Shown here: positions 23,419-31,968 of the stretch, piece after piece | Layout of the letters: the number at the start of each line of letters is the position of its first letter | Numbering within the stretch: position 1 is the first letter of the stretch | Source: Candidatus Omnitrophota bacterium | GTDB taxonomy: Bacteria > Omnitrophota > Gorgyraeia > Gygaellales > Profunditerraquicolaceae | NCBI GenBank assembly: GCA_028718245.1 | Contig: JAQUME010000001.1 | Coordinates: forward strand, 8,390 to 72,389 | Direction of reading: 5' to 3' | Length of the DNA stretch: 64,000 nt | Made by a program: the position numbers and the translations under genes | Notes under the pieces: generated by a model | What the model was told of the DNA's origin: nothing | Seen by the model: only the letters and a program-made list of their open reading frames with translations | The model's database searches: none

Positions 23419-23619
23419 ATGCTGGGGTTGATCACGGCATACCAGAGGTATTTAAGGAGCATCCTACCGGAAACATGCCGTTTTGAACCAGGCTGCTCTG
23501 AATATACCAAACAGGCAATTTCAAAATACGGAATCATTAAAGGAGTATCTAAGGGTCTGACAAGAATATCCCGCTGCCACCCATTTTCCGGCCGGTCAGG
23601 TTATGATCCCTTAATATAA
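23419..23619 (+). CDS. yidD: Membrane protein insertion efficiency factor YidD
   Basis: The product carries the CRFEPGCSEY and RCHPFSGRSGYDP motifs of DUF37/YidD. An alternative upstream start at 23395 would overlap rpmH. Confidence 0.8.
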   Translation: MLGLITAYQRYLRSILPETCRFEPGCSEYTKQAISKYGIIKGVSKGLTRISRCHPFSGRSGYDPLI

Positions 23620-23624
23620 AATTT

Positions 23625-25139
23625 ATGGAAAAACGCTTAGTGCTTGCTATTGCTTTGTCGCTTTTGATAATGTTAAGCTGGTCAACGCTAGTTAATAAAA
23701 CTCAAACCATTGATAATAAACAGGTTACGCAATTAACTACGCCTAATGTCAATAACCTGCCTTCTGCCGTTGTCCAGGCCTCCGCGCAGCCCCCCAAAGA
23801 AGCGGCAAAAGAGCTGGTGAGTTTTAAACAGAATAACCGGGAAATAATTTTTGACGTTGCAAAAGCAGCGATTGTTGAGGTGATCTTTAAGGTTAACCTG
23901 GATCACAGCCTGGTGCTGGCAGATGGTTTTTACAGCGACGGCGATAATCTATTTAAGCTGGACAAGATAACCAGGGATTCAATTTCCTTTATTTACCACG
24001 GTCAAGATAAACACATTGTTAAAGAATTTTATTTTCCTAAAGATAGTTATGTCATAGAGTTAAAGATAAATACCCGCAATATATCCTCTTCTGTCCTTAC
24101 ACTAAATTCCCGTTTATCCTTAGGAACACTCAATATGTCTTCAAAGAATCCGCAATCACGTTATTACGGTGTTTTTGTAGCAGGCGGGGAAAAGAATTGG
24201 CATCTTGGCGCCGGAAAAGAGTTCAATAGCCAGGATGTAAAATTCATAGGTTTACGCGACCAGTATTTTTGCGCCATTGTTGAACCGGTTTCCGCAGCCA
24301 GCGGCTATATTAAGAAACTCAATGGTCAGGAATCTGAGATCGGAATACAGGGGAAAGAGATCAATTTAAAGCCAAATGAACAGATTGGACAATTATATCG
24401 AATTTATTTGGGGCCGCAGGATTCAAAAACTATAAATAATATAAAGCCAGAATGGTCCGCAATAATCTACTACGGAACCTTTGATTTTATTGCCCAGCTT
24501 CTTTTACAGCTATTAGGATTCTTTTATAGTTTGGTGCATAATTGGGGTTTGGCCATAATTCTCTTGAGCCTTGTAGTTTATCTTGTGCTTTTCCCGCTCA
24601 CCTTAAAACAAATGCGCTCAATGAAAGAAATGCAATTATTACAGCCCAAAATTGAAGCCCTGCGCTGCGAGCTTAAAAATAATCCACAAAAATTGAACAA
24701 GGAAATAATGGAACTCTATAAGGAACATAAGGTTAACCCATTAGGCGGTTGTCTGCCTTTGTTGTTACAAATGCCTATTTTCTTTGCTCTATATCAGGCG
24801 CTGATCCGCTCTGTCGCATTAAGGGGGGCAAAGTTCTTGTGGATCCAGGATCTTTCTGCTCCGGACCACCTCTTCACTCTAAAAAATTCAATACCATTTT
24901 TAGGAAACCATATTAATATATTACCTATTCTTATGGCTATCGGTATGTTTGTGCAACAAAAGATTTCCATGGCTAAAACAACCGGAGAAGCGGCACAGCA
25001 GCAGAAAATGATGTCTATTATAATGCCGATCATGTTTGGGGTTATTTTTTATCAAATGCCCTCAGGATTAGTGCTCTATTGGTTTGTGAATAGCACATTA
25101 ATGCTTGCATATCAATTCCGTATTAACAGGCAAAAATGA
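23625..25139 (+). CDS. yidC: Membrane protein insertase YidC
   Basis: The 504-aa product has an N-terminal TM, a periplasmic domain and a C-terminal 5-TM core with PSGLVLYWFVNSTL. Confidence 0.9.
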   Translation: MEKRLVLAIALSLLIMLSWSTLVNKTQTIDNKQVTQLTTPNVNNLPSAVVQASAQPPKEAAKELVSFKQNNREIIFDVAKAAIVEVIFKVNLDHSLVLADGFYSDGDNLFKLDKITRDSISFIYHGQDKHIVKEFYFPKDSYVIELKINTRNISSSVLTLNSRLSLGTLNMSSKNPQSRYYGVFVAGGEKNWHLGAGKEFNSQDVKFIGLRDQYFCAIVEPVSAASGYIKKLNGQESEIGIQGKEINLKPNEQIGQLYRIYLGPQDSKTINNIKPEWSAIIYYGTFDFIAQLLLQLLGFFYSLVHNWGLAIILLSLVVYLVLFPLTLKQMRSMKEMQLLQPKIEALRCELKNNPQKLNKEIMELYKEHKVNPLGGCLPLLLQMPIFFALYQALIRSVALRGAKFLWIQDLSAPDHLFTLKNSIPFLGNHINILPILMAIGMFVQQKISMAKTTGEAAQQQKMMSIIMPIMFGVIFYQMPSGLVLYWFVNSTLMLAYQFRINRQK

Positions 25140-25342
25140 AGAAGGAAAGATATATAGAGGCTGAGGGCAAAACCATAGAAGAGGCGGTAAAAAATGCCCT
25201 TCAGATACTTAAGCTGCCGCGTAAATGCGTGAAAATAAAGACACTGTCTGAAGAAAAAAAGGGTCTTTTTGGAATGCCGGGAGCTAAGCCGGTTAAGGTA
25301 CGGGTGACCGTAATTGCAGGTAGAGATCCTGTATCGGCATAG
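25136..25342 (+). CDS. Jag/KhpB N-terminal domain protein (truncated; no KH/R3H domains)
   Basis: The 68-aa product MKKERYIEAEGKTIEEAVKNALQILKL resembles a Jag_N domain. It sits in the canonical position after yidC. Confidence 0.55.
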   Translation: MKKERYIEAEGKTIEEAVKNALQILKLPRKCVKIKTLSEEKKGLFGMPGAKPVKVRVTVIAGRDPVSA

Positions 25343-25357
25343 GGTTCAAGAAAACAC

Positions 25358-25385
25358 TTGACAATTGCTTTGCATTTGAGATAAT
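25358..25385 (+). promoter_or_regulatory. Sigma70-like promoter upstream of parA (TTGACA-N16-GATAAT)
   Basis: The sequence is cacTTGACAattgctttgcatttgaGATAATtaag. It lies about 60 nt upstream of parA. Confidence 0.4.
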
Positions 25386-25442
25386 TAAGTTAAATAAAAG
25401 GCAGGGTTTCCCGGGGAACTAATTGTAAGTTTAATAATATCA

Positions 25443-26240
25443 ATGGGTAAGATAATTGCAGTCTGCAATCAAAAAGGTGGTGTAGGCAAAACTACCACAT
25501 CCATTAATCTCTCCGTATCTCTGGCCATGACCGGCAAAAAGGTTCTGTTAATTGACCTGGATCCTCAGGCCAATGCCACCAGCGGCATAGGGATAAACAA
25601 GCACGATATTAAAAAAAGCACCTATCATATTTTGCTAGAGGAGTTAAACCTCGGCGATATTTTACAGAAGACAATGGTAGATAATCTTCTGCTGGCTCCT
25701 TCTAATCTGGATTTAACCGGGGCAGAAGTGGAGTTGGTCGGCGCATTAGGCCGTGAATATAGATTAAAAAGAGCCCTGCAAAAAGAAAAAGAAAACTATG
25801 ATTTTATCATTATTGATTCGCCGCCATCACTGGGCCTGTTAACCATTAATGGTTTATGCGCTGCCGATTCCGTGATCATCCCGGTGCAATGTGAATATTA
25901 TGCGTTAGAAGGTTTGACGCAACTCCATAACACTATTAGACTTGTGAAGGAAAATCTTAATCCTGCCTTGGAGATCGAAGGGGTATTATTAACCATGGCA
26001 GATTTTCGCACCAATCTTACCAAAGAGGTTATTCAGGAAGCGCGCAATCATTTTAAAGATAAAGTTTATAATACCGTAATTCCTAGAAACATAAGGCTTA
26101 CCGAGGCCCCGGGTTTTGGCAAGCCGATCGCTTTATATGACGCCGATTCTCTCGGCGCGCAGAAATACGCGGAACTAACCAGGGAGTTGTTGGGTATAGC
26201 GCTAAACACTGATTCTAAAATTTCACAAGGAGAGGTTTGA
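25443..26240 (+). CDS. parA: Chromosome partitioning ATPase ParA/Soj
   Basis: The protein carries a deviant Walker A KGGVGKTTT and is 265 aa. Confidence 0.9.
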   Translation: MGKIIAVCNQKGGVGKTTTSINLSVSLAMTGKKVLLIDLDPQANATSGIGINKHDIKKSTYHILLEELNLGDILQKTMVDNLLLAPSNLDLTGAEVELVGALGREYRLKRALQKEKENYDFIIIDSPPSLGLLTINGLCAADSVIIPVQCEYYALEGLTQLHNTIRLVKENLNPALEIEGVLLTMADFRTNLTKEVIQEARNHFKDKVYNTVIPRNIRLTEAPGFGKPIALYDADSLGAQKYAELTRELLGIALNTDSKISQGEV

Positions 26241-27100
26241 TGGAGAGAAGAGCTTTAGGAAAGGGCCTTAGCGCTTTAATTCCGGAGAAAGCAGTAGAGA
26301 GTGCAGCGCATAAAGAGGAAATTATTTATGTTCAATCTGGACAAATAAAACCAAATCCTTTTCAGCCGCGGGAAGATTTTGATCAGCAGAGTATTGAAGA
26401 GCTGGCCCAGTCTATAAAAGAAAAAGGTGTTATCCAGCCGCTCTTAGTCAGGCGCAGAGGCGATAATTATGAGCTGATCGCCGGAGAAAGAAGGCTGCGC
26501 GCTGCCAGCTCATTGGGGTTAAAAGAGATCCCGATCATAGTGCGCGAGGTTAGCGATCAGGATTCACTGGAGCTGGCTTTGATCGAGAATATCCAAAGGG
26601 AGGGCTTAAACCCCATTGAAGAAGCGCATGCCTACCAGCATCTTCTGGATAAATTTAATGTTACCCAGGAAAAAATAAGCGAGGTCTTGGGCAAGGCCAG
26701 GGTCACCATTACCAATACCTTGCGCCTGCTTAAGCTGCCGCATGAGATCCAGGATGAGATGAAAAAAGGCCGGATCAGTTTTGCGCATGGCCGGGCCTTG
26801 CTTGAGGTTGAAGACGCAAACCAGCAGCGCAGGTTTGCCCAGGATATTATCTCTAAGGGGCTTTCTGTGCGCGAGCTGGAGAGTTTGCTTAAGAGCATCC
26901 GGCCGAAAATCGCTAAACGTAAGATCGGGGCAGGCTTGCGCGAGCCGATCGTCGCTATTCTTGAAGAGCAGCTGCAGCATGCCTTGGCCACCAAGGTAAG
27001 GATCAGTAAAAGAAAAAAACGCGGGCACATCAATATTGAATTTTATTCACAGGAGGACCTTGAGCGGATCGTAAATGTTATTAAAGGAGGAAACAGTTAA
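26237..27100 (+). CDS. parB: Chromosome partitioning protein ParB/Spo0J
   Basis: The protein has a ParB box GERRLRAA and an HTH. It overlaps parA by 4 nt. Confidence 0.9.
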   Translation: MMERRALGKGLSALIPEKAVESAAHKEEIIYVQSGQIKPNPFQPREDFDQQSIEELAQSIKEKGVIQPLLVRRRGDNYELIAGERRLRAASSLGLKEIPIIVREVSDQDSLELALIENIQREGLNPIEEAHAYQHLLDKFNVTQEKISEVLGKARVTITNTLRLLKLPHEIQDEMKKGRISFAHGRALLEVEDANQQRRFAQDIISKGLSVRELESLLKSIRPKIAKRKIGAGLREPIVAILEEQLQHALATKVRISKRKKRGHINIEFYSQEDLERIVNVIKGGNS

Positions 27101-27603
27101 TGAACCAGGCAGTTTTAATACTTATTAAGCCCGACGGGTTAAAAAAATCCCTCACCGGGAATATCCTTACGCGCCTGTCGGAAACAAAGCTTGAGATAGT
27201 CGCCGCGAAAATGGTACGCGTATCCAAAGATCTGGCCCAGGAGCATTACCGGCACTTGAAGGAGAAACCTTTCTTTAATGAGATAATAAAGTATCTGCAG
27301 GGTGATTTGCATGACCGCAAAAAGGTCATGGCTTTGGTTTATTGGGGTAAGGATGCGATCAAGAAATGCCGCGATCTGGCCGGGGCAACTAACCCCGAGG
27401 AGGCTGACCCTACTTCTATCCGCGGCTCTTACGGCAGGATCACCACCTCCGGGATTTATGAGAACGTGATCCATGTTTCATCAAATGAGCCGGAGGCAGA
27501 GAGGGAGATCAAGCTTTGGTTTAACCCCGATGAGATCATCGTCGATCTTTACCCGGCAAAAGAGATGGTGCAAAAAGAAATTAAGAGCAAAGTTTGGGCT
27601 TAA
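27100..27603 (+). CDS. ndk: Nucleoside diphosphate kinase-like protein
   Basis: The protein carries LIKPDG, a YxxxxxxPFF motif, NPEEADPTSIRGSYG, and a catalytic-His region NVIHVSS. It is somewhat divergent and C-terminally extended. Confidence 0.75.
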   Translation: MNQAVLILIKPDGLKKSLTGNILTRLSETKLEIVAAKMVRVSKDLAQEHYRHLKEKPFFNEIIKYLQGDLHDRKKVMALVYWGKDAIKKCRDLAGATNPEEADPTSIRGSYGRITTSGIYENVIHVSSNEPEAEREIKLWFNPDEIIVDLYPAKEMVQKEIKSKVWA

Positions 27604-27614
27604 GAGAGGATAAT

Positions 27615-28442
27615 ATGATCAGCAGTATGACCGGTTTTGGAAGTTGCGAGGCAGATGTTAGCTCCGTCGGCAGGATAAGCGTGGAGTTAAGATGCACCAA
27701 CCATAAATTCCTGGAGAGTGTTTTTCATCTACCGGATGGGATGCTTTCTTTGGAGGACAAGATCAAGAAGGAGATCGAGGCAAGGATCCGCCGGGGAAGG
27801 GTTTTTTGCAGCGTAAACATAAAAGGGGAAGAGGCGCAAGGTATCTTTGTAAACCGCCGGCTCCTGAAGAATTACCTGCGTGAATTAAACGGCGTTAAGA
27901 ATGAATTTAAAATCAAGGATGGCTTGACTTTGGATTCTTTGATCCGCCTGCCCGGGGTCCTCTCCCTTAAAGAGAATAAGCCGCAGGGTTTGCATATCTG
28001 GGAACGCCTTTTACCCTTGATTAAATTGGCGCTGGCAGAGTTGATAAAGACCAGGGCTAAAGAAGGAAAGGCCCTGGCGGGTTTATTAAGGGAGAGAAAC
28101 GGGCTGCTTAAAAAAGATTTGATGATAATAAAACAGCGTTTTGCGGTGGCCTCAAAAAGCAGGCTCAGGAAGATTGAAGCTGAGGAGGAGCGCGCGGCTT
28201 TCTTGAAAAGTGCGGATATCTCGGAGGAGCTGGACCGTTTGAATTTTCACATCAGGAATTTCCAGCAGAAGATCGCCAAAGGCGGCCCAGTCGGAAAAGA
28301 GCTGGATTTTATCACCCAGGAGATGCAGCGGGAGGCCAATACCCTGGCAGCCAAGTCATTCGACCTGATTATCTCCGGATGCGCCGTACAGATGAAAAGC
28401 CAGATCGAGAAAATCCGCGAACAAGTGCAGAATATAGAGTAG
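27615..28442 (+). CDS. yicC: YicC-family protein (TIGR00255)
   Basis: The start was placed at MISSMTGFG, the hallmark YicC N-terminus, which is preceded by AGAGAGGA. The product has a coiled-coil middle and a conserved C-terminal DUF1732-like region. Confidence 0.8.
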   Translation: MISSMTGFGSCEADVSSVGRISVELRCTNHKFLESVFHLPDGMLSLEDKIKKEIEARIRRGRVFCSVNIKGEEAQGIFVNRRLLKNYLRELNGVKNEFKIKDGLTLDSLIRLPGVLSLKENKPQGLHIWERLLPLIKLALAELIKTRAKEGKALAGLLRERNGLLKKDLMIIKQRFAVASKSRLRKIEAEEERAAFLKSADISEELDRLNFHIRNFQQKIAKGGPVGKELDFITQEMQREANTLAAKSFDLIISGCAVQMKSQIEKIREQVQNIE

Positions 28443-29041
28443 TGAAAACCGCCGGAAGACAAAAGAAGCAAGGAAAAATATTCGTTATCTCCGGGCCTTC
28501 GGGCTCAGGCAAGACCACCCTCCTGAACAGGCTAACCCAGGATAAAGAAATCGGCAAATTGCTTATAAAATCGCGCTCTCTTACTACCCGGCCCAGGCGT
28601 TGGCAGGAGAGGGATGGCAGGGATTATTTTTTTGTTTCTCCGGGCGAGTTCAAGCGGCTGTTAAAAGCTAAAAAAATTCTTGAATGGACCAGGTATTTGG
28701 GCTATTATTACGGAACGCCTAGGGGCGAGGTTGAGGCCCGGCTTAAAAAAGGCGGGCATATCGGTTTTTGCCTGGATCTTAAGGGCGCGGCGCTCCTTAA
28801 AAAAATCTACCCGAAAAATACGGTAACGGTTTTTGTCCTTCCGCCTTCGCTGGAGACGCTAAAGGCAAGGATTGAAGGGCGTTCCAGATCTACCGACAAA
28901 AAAGAGGTGGCCCAGCGCCTAAAGCTGGCGGCACAGGAGTTGTCAGCCGCCTCTGATTTTGATTACTGCATACTGAACAACAACCTGCAGGTGGCGCTTA
29001 AAGAGTTGAAAGAGATCGTTCTAACGCACATTGCTTCTTAA
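28442..29041 (+). CDS. gmk: Guanylate kinase
   Basis: The protein carries GPSGSGKTT and gmk signatures. The ORF-track ATG at 28379 lies inside yicC. An in-frame GTG at 28442 that overlaps the yicC stop by 1 nt is the more likely start. Confidence 0.85.
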   Translation: MKTAGRQKKQGKIFVISGPSGSGKTTLLNRLTQDKEIGKLLIKSRSLTTRPRRWQERDGRDYFFVSPGEFKRLLKAKKILEWTRYLGYYYGTPRGEVEARLKKGGHIGFCLDLKGAALLKKIYPKNTVTVFVLPPSLETLKARIEGRSRSTDKKEVAQRLKLAAQELSAASDFDYCILNNNLQVALKELKEIVLTHIAS

Positions 29042-29067
29042 CGGCATTTTCTTGACTGGAGGGGGAA

Positions 29068-29277
29068 ATGAGATATGAGGGTAGAGAGAAACTTTTAGAT
29101 AAAAGCCTGGGTTCCATCTATAAGCTGGTAATTCTGGCTTCCAAGAGAGCCCTTGAGCTTGCCGAGGGGCAGCCGAAATTAGTGGATTGCGCCCCGACGC
29201 TAAAACCATCTACGATCGCCTTGTACGAGATCGCCGAAGGCAAGATAGAAGCCAAGAAAATAAAGGCAAAAGACTAA
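29068..29277 (+). CDS. rpoZ: DNA-directed RNA polymerase subunit omega
   Basis: The 69-aa product reads SIYKLVILASKRALELAEG. It sits in the conserved gmk-rpoZ position. Confidence 0.8.
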   Translation: MRYEGREKLLDKSLGSIYKLVILASKRALELAEGQPKLVDCAPTLKPSTIALYEIAEGKIEAKKIKAKD

Positions 29278-29822
29278 TGAAGAAAGGTCAAAAGCACATT
29301 ATCTTGGGTGTGACCGCCAGTATCGCTATTTATAAAGCCTGCGAGCTTATCCGCAGGCTCAAGGATTGCGGTTTTACGGTGACGGTAGTTATGACTAAGG
29401 AGGCCCAGGAGTTGATCAGGCCGGTCGTTTTCCAAACCCTAAGCGCCGGCCGCGTTTACGGGGGCGGGTTGTTTGATGATCCGGATAATTGGGAGATCGA
29501 ACATATATCTCTGGCTCAGTCTGCAGACCTGATCTTAATTGCACCGGCCACAGCAAATATTATTGCTAAGATAGCCGCCGGAATTTGTGATGATCTGCTT
29601 ACCTGCACGGTTTGCGCAACCAAGGCGGATGTTTTGATCGCTCCGGCAATGAATGAGAATATGTATAACAATAAGATCACGCAAGGCAACATCCGGAAAT
29701 TAAAGTCTTTCGGTTATAAATTTATTCCCCCGCGCAAAGGCAAGCTTGCCTGCGGCAGGGAGGGGACAGGTTGTTTGGCGCAGCTGGAAGATATTATTAA
29801 AGAGGTAAAAAGTTTTTTTTAG
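29277..29822 (+). CDS. coaC: Phosphopantothenoylcysteine decarboxylase flavoprotein (CoaC domain only)
   Basis: The start is at MKKGQKHIILGVTASIAIYKA, in a TAATG overlap with rpoZ. The product has the flavoprotein fold and a PAMNENM motif. No CoaB synthetase domain follows. Confidence 0.85.
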   Translation: MKKGQKHIILGVTASIAIYKACELIRRLKDCGFTVTVVMTKEAQELIRPVVFQTLSAGRVYGGGLFDDPDNWEIEHISLAQSADLILIAPATANIIAKIAAGICDDLLTCTVCATKADVLIAPAMNENMYNNKITQGNIRKLKSFGYKFIPPRKGKLACGREGTGCLAQLEDIIKEVKSFF

Positions 29823-29827
29823 CTTTT

Positions 29828-29899
29828 GGCGACGTAGCCAAGTGGTAAGGCAGTTGTCTGCAAAACAACTATTCAGCGGTTCAATTCCGCTCGTCGCCT
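29828..29899 (+). tRNA. tRNA-Cys (anticodon GCA)
   Basis: Acceptor GGCGACG/CGTCGCC, anticodon stem GTTGT/ACAAC, loop CTGCAAA, T-arm AGCGG-TTCAATT-CCGCT. Confidence 0.85.
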
Positions 29900-29910
29900 G
29901 AATTCATAGC

Positions 29911-29993
29911 GGGCAAGTGGTGGAATGGCATACACGACAGACTTAAAATCTGTTGGCCGCAAGGTCGTAAGGGTCCGACTCCCTTCTTGCCCA
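29911..29993 (+). tRNA. tRNA-Leu (anticodon TAA), long variable arm
   Basis: Acceptor GGGCAAG/CTTGCCC, anticodon stem ACAGA/TCTGT, loop CTTAAAA, T-arm AAGGG-TCCGACT-CCCTT. Confidence 0.8.
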
Positions 29994-30016
29994 TTTAAAT
30001 AAAGATTATTGTGCTT

Positions 30017-30090
30017 GGGCTCATAGCTCAGTTGGTTAGAGCGTTGCGTTGACATCGCAAAGGTCTGAGGTCCGAATCCTCATGGGCCCA
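30017..30090 (+). tRNA. tRNA-Val (anticodon GAC)
   Basis: The sequence GGGCTCATAGCTCAGTTGGTTAGAGCGTTGCGTTGACATCGCAAAGGTCTGAGGTCCGAATCCTCATGGGCCCA gives a textbook cloverleaf. Confidence 0.85.
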
Positions 30091-30119
30091 TTTTAGTTTT
30101 CCGATAAGGAAAACTAAAA
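30091..30119. repeat. Perfect 12-bp inverted repeat with 5-nt spacer (TTTTAGTTTTCC-GATAA-GGAAAACTAAAA)
   Basis: This was read directly in the sequence, immediately 3' of tRNA-Val and 5' of the thrS leader. It has no trailing U-tract, so it is not a classic terminator and could be an operator or processing site. Confidence 0.6.
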
Positions 30120-30236
30120 TGGTACTCGAGCGAGTATGAAACGACACGACAAGCGCGCAGTAAGCGCGCACTTGCGCAATTCAAATCAGCGCAAGGTGTC
30201 GAGCAGCGAGCGGAGTACCCCGAGAGAGAAATAAAT
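30120..30236 (+). promoter_or_regulatory. Structured GC-rich thrS leader (class unknown)
   Basis: An outer stem GGTACTC (30121-27) / GAGTACC (30213-19) encloses two hairpins, GCGCGC-AGTAA-GCGCGC and CTTGCGC-N11-GCGCAAG. A Shine-Dalgarno GAGAGAGA follows. No T-box consensus was recognised. Confidence 0.3.
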
Positions 30237-31955
30237 ATGGAACTATCTACTTTACGACATTCCTGTTCCCACATCATGGCCGAGGCCGTAAAAAAGCTCT
30301 GGCCGGATACGAAGCTGGCCATCGGCCCGGCGATCGAAGACGGTTTTTACTATGATTTTGACAAGGAAGATCCGTTTACCGAAGAGGATTTGGTTAAGAT
30401 CGAAGGGGAGATGAAGAAGATCATCGCCAGGGACGAAGCGTTTTTGCATGAGGAGATGGATAAGGGGCAAGCCCTTGAACTCTTCAAAAAATTAAAAGAG
30501 GATTACAAGGTTGAACTGATCCAGGGCATAGCGGGCAATAAGGTCTCCATTTACAAAACGGGAAAAGATTTTTTGGATCTTTGCGCCGGCCCGCACATAA
30601 AATCAACCGGCAAGATCAAGGCATTCAAATTATTATCGGTTGCCGGGGCATATTGGCACGGGATCGAGACTAATCCCATGCTGCAACGGATTTACGGCAC
30701 TTGTTTTGAAACCACAAAAGAATTAGATGAGTATTTAAAAAATTTAGAGGAAGCAAAGCTGCGCGACCACAGGAAGCTGGGCCCGCAGCTGGGGTTCTTT
30801 GATATTTATCATGAGGAGGCAGGGGCAGGACTGGTATTTTATCATCCTAAGGGAGCGTTGTTACGCACTATCATCGAGGATTATGAAAAAAGTGAGCATT
30901 TAAAACGGGGCTATCAGCTGGTGATCACCCCGCATATTATGGATGCCTCGCTCTGGAAGACCAGCGGCCATTACGATTATTATAAAGAAAATATGTATAC
31001 CTTTACCGCCGAGGAGAAGGAGTTTGTTTTAAAGCCGATGAACTGCCCCGGCCATATGCTCATCTATAAATCAAAAACCCGCAGCTATAAAGATATGCCT
31101 TTGCGGTTTTTCGAACTGGGCACGGTTTACCGCCGGGAGAAAGCCGGGGTATTGCACGGCCTCCTGCGCGTGCGCGGTTTTACCCAGGATGACGCGCATA
31201 TATTCTGCCTGCCGGAGCAGCTGCGCCAGGAGATAAAGGGAGTCATTGATTTTGTGTTTGATACTATGAAGGTTTTCGGATTTGAGGAAGTAGGGATCGA
31301 ATTAAGCACGCGTCCGGAAAAATCCATTGGCTCGGATGAAGATTGGCAGAAAGCTACCGCGGCTCTTGAAGATGCCTTGAAAGAAAAAGGCCTGAACTAT
31401 GAAATTAACCAGGGTGACGGCGCTTTTTACGGGCCGAAGATCGATATAAAATTAAAAGACGCGCTTAAAAGGACATGGCAGTGCGCCACTATCCAATGCG
31501 ACTTTGCCCTTCCCAAAAGGTTTAACCTTGCATACATCGATGCTGAAGGCAAGGAGAAGCAACCGATCATGCTGCACCGGGTTTTATTGGGGAGTTTAGA
31601 GCGTTTTATCGGAGCACTTATCGAGCATTATAAGGGGGATCTCCCTTTGTGGCTGGCACCGGTCCAGGTTTTATTGATCCCGATCAAAGATACGGCGCGG
31701 TCTTACGCCGAAACCGTCAAGGCAAGGCTGGAAAAGGAAAATATCCGGGTAGATATCGACCTGCGCAATGAAACACTGGATAAACGCATCCGTAACGCCG
31801 AGTTGAATAAGATCCCTTATTGTTTAATTATCGGCGAGCGTGAGGCAAAACAGAGCCTCGTAAGCGTGCGCAAAAAAGGCGCTGGCGACCAGGGTGCAGT
31901 CGCTCCAGATAAATTTATTGAACAGTTAAAAAACCAGATCCAGGAACACAAATAG
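30237..31955 (+). CDS. thrS: Threonyl-tRNA synthetase lacking the N-terminal TGS domain
   Basis: The protein aligns with ThrRS from the editing domain (RHSCSHIMAEAVKKLWPDTKLAIGPAIEDGFYYDF) through class II motifs and the anticodon-binding domain. It is 572 aa versus about 640 typically. Confidence 0.95.
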   Translation: MELSTLRHSCSHIMAEAVKKLWPDTKLAIGPAIEDGFYYDFDKEDPFTEEDLVKIEGEMKKIIARDEAFLHEEMDKGQALELFKKLKEDYKVELIQGIAGNKVSIYKTGKDFLDLCAGPHIKSTGKIKAFKLLSVAGAYWHGIETNPMLQRIYGTCFETTKELDEYLKNLEEAKLRDHRKLGPQLGFFDIYHEEAGAGLVFYHPKGALLRTIIEDYEKSEHLKRGYQLVITPHIMDASLWKTSGHYDYYKENMYTFTAEEKEFVLKPMNCPGHMLIYKSKTRSYKDMPLRFFELGTVYRREKAGVLHGLLRVRGFTQDDAHIFCLPEQLRQEIKGVIDFVFDTMKVFGFEEVGIELSTRPEKSIGSDEDWQKATAALEDALKEKGLNYEINQGDGAFYGPKIDIKLKDALKRTWQCATIQCDFALPKRFNLAYIDAEGKEKQPIMLHRVLLGSLERFIGALIEHYKGDLPLWLAPVQVLLIPIKDTARSYAETVKARLEKENIRVDIDLRNETLDKRIRNAELNKIPYCLIIGEREAKQSLVSVRKKGAGDQGAVAPDKFIEQLKNQIQEHK

Positions 31956-31968
31956 AGAGGAGGGTGCT

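Noticed and set aside
25343-25442. parS site (TGTTTCACGTGAAACA) near parAB and oriC
   Set aside because: I could not find a convincing match by eye in the parA upstream region or the oriC candidate. It is not reported.
30120-30236. T-box riboswitch call for the thrS leader
   Set aside because: A TGGTAC string is present, but at the 5' end of the leader rather than in a 3' antiterminator. The leader is only about 115 nt, and no specifier-loop or terminator arrangement was found.
29873-30322. ORF-track entries 29873-30055 (-) and 30080-30322 (-)
   Set aside because: They overlap three well-folded tRNA genes and the thrS leader. They are artefactual.
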